Assembly: GCF_022539665.2 (NCBI RefSeq)
Contig: NC_081331.1
Span: 1,736,001-1,800,000 of the forward strand
Length of the DNA stretch: 64,000 nucleotides
DNA from: Daphnia carinata
Lineage: Eukaryota
Direction of reading: 5' to 3'
The notes under the pieces are model-generated. The model saw only the letters and a list, made by a program, of their open reading frames with translations, was not told the origin of the DNA and ran no database searches. The translations under genes and the position numbers were made by a program. Below are positions 56,501 to 64,000 of the stretch, piece after piece (positions within the stretch are counted from its first letter, which is position 1; each line of letters starts with the position of its first letter).

Positions 56501-59500
56501 TTCTAGGCTTTTTTTTACATCCCATGTTGTGTATACTGGGCGCTCAGGTAACTTTGTTCACGGTCTTCTGATCACACATCCCGACGCCGGCTGACGAGAC
56601 CTGACAAACACAAAAAAGATGACACGCTGATCTTCAAGTTTACCCCCAGCCCATCATCGCTGGATAACCTACATATAGGCCTATGGGGGGAAAAAGAAGC
56701 ACGAGGGCTCTGAGTCTCTATACACACGGGTTGGCGCATTCCACAGAACGCCCTTCTACTATTTCCCCCTCATCATCTTAAAAAACTGTTAGGTTCTATA
56801 TTTTACACATCGGTCCCTCATCGTCGCCCAGCACTCTCGACAGTTCCTCCTTTTTTTTTTTCTTTTGAAATCCTAGTGTTATGCAGCAGCTGCTGTCTGT
56901 AGCTGTCAAATACCTGACGGACGACATTACACGACGGACACAACAAACAGAAAGAAAAATGGTACACCCAAAAATTGACGAGAGAATTTTCGTATTTTGG
57001 ATATCTGTAATTTTTCCGTGATCATCATCGCATTTAATCGAGTCCGCTCCAATCGATTGGATGCAGACTCATCGGTTGAATGAAACTGTGGTATACGGAG
57101 GGCGTCTAGTACTAGAAAGAATGCGCCATCCGCATCAGAACAACGGCAACAACAAAAAATGTATGCCATGGGAAAATGTGAGTCAAAAAAAAGGGGGAGA
57201 AAAAGGAAATCTAATGAACCCAAAAGAAACAAGACGATTTCAAAATTTCGATGCGTTATTATAGAATGGTAGATAGGCCTATTTTCTTGAATGGAACAGA
57301 CTGTCAGAGCTAATGAAGTGGTAATAATGATTCAAGAAAAAAAAAAAAAAAAAACGGTCGATCCCTTTCATATACCCATGTGTTTCTCATACAAGTACAT
57401 AGCCCTGTGTACACAGGAGCTTCATAGAATTTGAATTATGTGTCTGCCTGAATTTCTCTCTCATATTTCTATTATTCGGTATAATTTACTGCGTACGTCT
57501 CCTGACAGATTTGGCAGCATCATAATAAGGTCTTCCTCCTTTTTTTTTCCCTAGCACGGTGTGTGATTTACGGCGGAGACGATGAATAATGGATGAACAA
57601 ATCTACAACAAATAAACCGTAATGAAGGATGGCGAAAACGATGGTTTGTAGTGAACTGAACAGCAGGTAATCAACCGGAGCGAAATGAAGTCTTGCGCTT
57701 AACGGTTGGCGAACAAATCATGACACTTGTATATACTATCCCTGAATAATATATGCGCTGATGAATTGATAATGTACACACGCGAGTATATATCAGTCCG
57801 CCCCGAAAAAGAAGAAAAGACGGTTACAAGATACAGGCGAGAGCGTTACGATATTGGATGACGGAGACGATGAGTTCAGTGCTGAATAAACCAAATCATG
57901 ATTGGAATTATTCATAATGTGATGGTTGTTGTGATAGATGATGGCCGTCTGTTTCATAATCTTCCCGAATCCGACAATAATCAGAAAAATTACACCCCCA
58001 GAAAAGTTAAACGAAATGCTTAAATTATTCGAACGGAAATAGAAATATTTATGATTCAAAGACGATTGCTTTCATTTGGATCCTAAAGGGGTTCTCTGTA
58101 ACACTCGACCGTTCTTGTTACGCATCACAAAATACCCCCCTATTTTTCTCTATACGTTGCATTCCAACGTTCGCCCAAGAGGAAAAGAGGCGTGTCATTT
58201 TGATGTGGAATTTATGCATAACACATTATTTGACCCTGCGGATAAATTTCCTAGTTTTGATGCGATCCAGACTTTCACTCCAACTTAGCTTACACCCATG
58301 AAGGCTGTTACGATCGCCGTCTACATATCATCCCACAGCCAAATAGTTCAACAGCTCTCGTTTCCCTTTTTTTCGACCGTGAGTTCGAACGCGGGACGTC
58401 CGTGACTCCTCTGTTTTTACCCAAGACTCCCGCAGGTTCAATTTATATAATAAAAAGAAAGTGACACACCCATTTTCTATTCGCCATGAAAGAGGCAGTT
58501 ACTATAGCGTCGGACTCGGTTGGTCAATTTCATTCGTCCTTCAAAATTCAACGTTTTCCTGATATCCTTTAAATCATTCGGTTTTTCGTTTCCACTAACG
58601 AGACATCAGCAAAAAAAAAAAATAAATAAATAAATCGATAAAGATTTTCATATTCTTCTTGCAACGGTCATTAGCTCATTGTGTGGGATCAGTGTGGGTC
58701 GATTTTTTTTTCTTGCAAAACGCGTCCGTTGGTTGTACGCAAGACGCACATCTTATTGCGGCAGCAAGGCGAGCGTAATTATACGCGTTCGCCTATATAT
58801 TTTACACAACACCACAACGAATTTCCTCATGCTAGTTTGGCCTTCAAAAACGAAAAAAGAAGAGAAAAGTTTTTCGTTCGAAAACATACGCGCAAGAATA
58901 CACAACAATAAAAAGGCCCTTTTTCTTTTCTTTCTTTCCCTGACGTCCGCCCTGCGCCGTTGTTGTTCCGCGGTCATTCAATAAGTATACGAAAGGAGAT
59001 ATAACAATAGCTTAGTCAGCCGCTGTAGCAGCAATCATAGGTGTACACAGCAGTGGCAATAAGGATCTTGAAGATGAAGAAGAATGGATGGTGCAAAAAT
59101 GGGAGAGAGGAAAACGAGTCTCGTTGGCGGGCTGTTATTAAAGTGGAGGATCCGCGTCCAGCCTCCTTTGCCATTGACTAGACTTTTACAGGGGGACTCG
59201 AATACGGTTAAATAAAAAGAATAAAAACGAGCGAAGAAGAAGAAAACCGACCGTTGGGTCTAGAGAGTGGGCGGTTCGCTGCACCATCTCATAATTGCCT
59301 TACAGTCGAGAGAATCGAGCCACGCACCAATACATGTCGGATATTATGCCGGACATTTGGTCGTTTTTGAATTACAGTTGAATAAGAAAAATAGTGAATA
59401 GTGAGACCGAAGGTTCTCTCTATGCGCACAAACTCACATTCTATAGGGTTGTCCTTCTTTTGATTTCCCGGCTATTGTTACCTTGTGAAAAGACCATTCG

Positions 59501-61211
59501 TATCGGTTACACGCATTTCGCATTGTAGGTACAGGTTTCACCTATTAGCTTTTTCTATGCCACGATGCCGAAGATCAGGAAAATTGGTCATCATTTATAA
59601 TGAGCAATAAAATTGGCTATAGGACCATGCACAGTCCGATGGATTTTCATTTTAAGGAAGTGAGTTTACAAAACAAATAACAAGGGCCTAATATGCATAC
59701 ACAACTGGTCCAACTACGTCAGTCCTTACAAATGCCTTGATTGAGACATTTCGTTGGCCTCGTTTATATGGCGAACGTATTAAATAGCAGCACACCGGTT
59801 TTCTTTTTCTTATCCAAAATAGTTTCCGGGTTTTTTTTTTTTTTTTAGCTTTAGTCTTGTTAACCTTTTTTTTGTGTGTCCTTGTTTTATATCGTCCCCT
59901 AATGGGGGATAGGCGGTAAAGAAATCCCTGCGTTCTCCGATTTCAGTTTTTAACAGACATGTCATATAACAGAGTAAATGGACATCAATTACATGACGAC
60001 GTGTGGTCCGTTTCTGTACATTAAAGGTAGGCGGTTAAACTCTAAAAACGCAAGCTGTCACCTAAGACACTAGAAACCTTTTCAATCAGATTGAATTTCT
60101 CAGTTTTTAAGCATTCGAACCCCTCGGTGTTTTTCAAATTTCGTTCTCTTCTTTGCATTGAAATAAGAACTCGGGCTATTTTTATTTCCTCGCCTGTTGT
60201 TGTTGTTGTTGTTTTTTTTCAAAAAGAAAATGATTAATTTAATGATCTGGCCAGCGCTAGCACATAAATTATGGATACGAATAAACACGGACGTCGTGCG
60301 TGAAGAAAGAAAACAACCATAGGATTGAGGGGAGAACCACTGAAAGATCGAGAAGAAAAAAAAGGCTGAGATATAACAGAAGACTCCCTGTCGATGTAAT
60401 ATCTTACCCATCAGTTATCTTTTTTTACCCCCAAGATTTTTGACGTTGTTTTTCTCGTTTCGTGTGTGTGCGTATACGTACACCCCCCATCGCATATTAC
60501 TATGGGACGATAGAAAGGCATACGTTTAAAAGCTATGCCTGCATCGAATTTGCATTTCACCTTTCACCCGAGGGTATATATACATATTCTTTAATATTTA
60601 AATGCATTTTCTACTTCTACCCCCCCATCAAAATGTGTTTTTCTATCGACTCGAAGAGTGCAACCCACAGGGGTGGAGAACGGGTTGGCTACATGAGGTG
60701 ATGGTGAGGAGGAAGGCTGGGATGTTAAAGGGAGGAAGGAACCAAACAAACTCGAGGAAACCTATCGGAAAAAAAGAAGATGATGATGAGATACACACAA
60801 GGCAAAAGTCAAAGTCAAAAAAAAAAAAAGGAGAAAAAAACGATGATGGTAGGATGGGAAGAAGAGGCGCGATATACCCACCACAAAAACCCAAAAGGTA
60901 CACACACACCGAGAAGAGGTGAGAGGGTATATATGTACAGTCGTGTGTATGTTGTTTTTTTTTCCCCCTTCTTCTTCTTCACTGCCAACTTCCCACAAGT
61001 CGAATAACTCGTGTCGAGAGAGTCAGACACAACACAAAGTCGCTGCTGCCTCCGATTGAAAAAAACTCAAGTTCTTCCCTTTTTGCGCTAAGAAAAACCG
61101 GGAATCGTTTCGTGAGTGGCACGAGGTGGATTCTTTCTTAGTTGTGTCCCGGTCAACAAGTTAAACAGCCGCAAGCTCGTCGCTGTCCGGCTAAGAGTGC
61201 TCTTTCAATTT

Positions 61212-61400
61212 CACACACACACACACACACACAGACAAAAAAAAACGAAGATAAGAATTGACTAATTAATTTCCGCGGAAAAACAGAACAACATAAAGAA
61301 GAAAAAGTGATTCACGCCTTTTGAAATGAAAATCACGTTCGACTAAACTGCGGCCTTTCAAACGCGCTGTGTGTGTGTGTGTGTGTATATGTGTGTGTGC
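61212..61400. repeat. (CA)n tract at 61212-61233 and (TG)n tract at ~61367-61400, in opposite orientation
   Basis: Directly visible dinucleotide runs. Confidence 0.85.
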
Positions 61401-64000
61401 GCGTGATTTTATTTTCTGCTCGTTTGAGAACCTTCTCTGAAGAATCGTCTAAAGTGTCCTTCGCCTTGGCTCGTTCGTGCGTGCAAAAGCACTCCCGCTG
61501 TTCTTTAAACGACTCTTTGGTGTTGGCAATATTTGCCTGCGAGGCTCATATCGCAGACAGAGAAAAAGAGTGAGAGAGGCCATGGTGGAATGAGTAAGAT
61601 TGCGCGTTCAAATGGACAACCGGCTTCCCGATTTCGCCGACTCTCCGTTTTCGTTTTAAACTACAGATATTATATTGAGATACTATACAATATCCTCGAC
61701 GTTGCGTGAGTGACTGAAAGTGACGCGCATTTTTTTTTTTTTTTTTTCTTCCTTTGAGAAAATAAGAAGAGAATATCGTAAAAACCATTGCCATATCTCT
61801 TTTTATTGCTCTTTTCCTCGGCAATCTGCTACGGCCATCAGCGCACACGACGCGCTATACAGTAAGAACAGAAAGAAAGAAAAAGAGGGAATAATAATAA
61901 AGAAAAAAAAAAAAAAGAAAACGGGAATGGATCACGAAAAAGATGGTGGCGTGCCCTTGCTCGGACATTTCGGTCGCAGCTTATCAAACTTGTTCACGCG
62001 CTGTGCCACTCCCGGTCAAGTGATTGTTCTTTCCATCGACGACATCACTAACGGACTCGGAGACGACGTTGAATATCTTCTGGATGGCAACAAAAGAGGT
62101 AGGACGGGAATGATGAAATTTTTACACGAGCGAATAGAGAATAAAAACAAACCAGTTACCTTTATCTTAAAGTAAAAAGAATAACAATGGGAAAAAACAA
62201 ATTTTCTTTTTGATATTGAAATTGCTGCGGAGTTCTTGTTTTTTTGGGTCATCAGGTGACTGTGTCCCACCCCTGTCCAACCAAGAAACAAGTCCCTCAC
62301 TGTGTACGTGGTGCTGCTATTACGTTACGCTCTTACATTCCTCGTACAACGTCTTGAAGTAGATGAACATGTTACGTGATGACCATCACCACGTAGGTGA
62401 CTCGTTTGAGGTTAACCACAAACATGGGGTACCCATAAAATATTGCCCTGGAGCCCCCTCAAGAAAAGAAGAAGAAAATGAAAACCAAATTCCAAAATGC
62501 TCGGGAAAGAAAAATTCTCTTTACTCCGAAACGTTAATAATCAACACACCAGTGATGGTGTGTGTCGTCTTTACCTTCCCTCTCATCTCATCAGTTTCTT
62601 TTATTTTTTTTTTTTTCTTGCCTTTCGGTCTTAACGTGTATACAACCTAGACGAAGGTAGAGGAAGATGAAAGAAGAAGACAACAAAAGCTAATGGCTTA
62701 TTCGTTCCGTAACGTTCTGGGAGGTCGCTAGTTGTAGAAGAAAGAAGAAGGTATTTTCGGCTAACTAACAATCTCGGACGCGCGGCGGTGGACCTTCGCT
62801 TCCTTTATACTTGTGTCTGCGTAAGCGCCCTCGTTAAACGAGCATAGAAAAGGATAGAAGTCGGCACGGCTCTACATGCACTAGAGCTCAAGCAAACTGC
62901 CTATTAACGAGAGTGAAAAATTACCATTCCCCACTTTTTTTATATTATCTAAACGTTTAAGAATTTTTTGAAAAAGGGGAGTTTTTCAAATTTATTTTTT
63001 CTTTCCCAAACCCCCCCCCCCCCTCCAAAACCACCAAATGATGAAGACTCTCTTCATCCCCGAATCTTCTTCATCTCATTTTCCCCCAAAATTATTCTAT
63101 AAAAAAAAAGGCCGGAATTTTGAAAAAAAAAAAATAAAATAAAATATTAATAGACCCAAATATGTTGTTGTAAGAGAACGGAAATAATTAAATATTCTTT
63201 TTTTTTTTATTGTATTGTGCTATGGCCAGCAGATGATACTGCAGATAGACAGTACCGTTGCAGTGAACGGCCGTTCCGAGTGTGTTGTTGTTTTTGTGTT
63301 ATTTTCAATCGAGATAACCGGGTAGAAGGAGAAAGGATAGACGAGCAGACAACTAAACAAGAAAAAAAGATATTTGAAAAATGCGGACGTCGAGTCCGAG
63401 GTTATACGATGACGGTTATATCCACACGAACTATCCAGCCGTGCATATCTACGTACAGTGTATATACGAAAACTATTTCTTTGATCTTTTTTTTTTTTTC
63501 TTTCTGTCTTGATCTTTTATCTCCCTTTTTTTTTCTCCTCTCTCTCTCTCTTCTGTATATACATACTTCGTCATGTTATAACAGCCTATACACGCATGGA
63601 AAGTTGAGAGGGTTATACACAGCGAAATAGAAGAAGAAAGGGGTGATGAATAGAATCTGAACTGCGGTCTATCTGTTAAGCAGTCGTCAAGTCCTCGGAC
63701 CGCCCATAAGTAAGTTGAGGACTTAGAAAAAAAAAAAAAACTTGGAAAAATACAAACCGAGGACTTGTATAGCTAATAGACAAACTGGCATAGTCAACGG
63801 GAGGTTGAATAAAGGGAAAGAAGATATAGGCGACAATAAGAGAAAAGAGAGAGAGAAAACCATAAAGAAGAGGAGACACAAGAGCCCTGTCGAAAGGTAG
63901 AAAATGCTTGATGGACACTAGCATGTTGTGTCTTTTCTCTTTTCTTTCGCCAAAAAGATTTCTCTTTCGATCATTTCCGATGGGTTCGAACTCAGTTGGA

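Noticed and set aside
59175..59200. TGACTAGA, resembling the miR-279 family seed
   Set aside because: The remainder does not match known family members and no complementary arm was evident.

Overview
Eukaryotic, intron-rich arthropod genomic DNA. The many 60-130-nt GT-AG introns, long A/T homopolymers and gene content suggest a crustacean such as Daphnia; this taxonomy is inference. Six spliced genes can be rebuilt by hand with consistent splice phases. (1) The 5' part of a SAM-SH2 NSP/BCAR3-like gene (minus strand, runs off the left edge). (2) A six-finger Gfi1/senseless-2-like gene (minus). (3) A c-type lysozyme with a C-terminal tail (plus). (4) A senseless-like gene (plus), divergent from gene 2. 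(5-6) A tandem pair of FAM151/menorin (DUF2181) genes (minus). The most unusual feature is that one FAM151 copy is a predicted secreted multidomain protein: signal peptide-Kunitz-VWC-VWC-FAM151. The non-coding DNA around the two senseless paralogues carries a cluster of proneural E-boxes and many Hairy/E(spl) sites, and is bracketed by CTCF-like motifs, suggesting a shared neurogenic regulatory domain with the lysozyme as bystander. About 54-64 kb has no recognisable coding exon. No RNA genes, CRISPR arrays or transposase/RT ORFs were recognised. All motif counts were made by eye.
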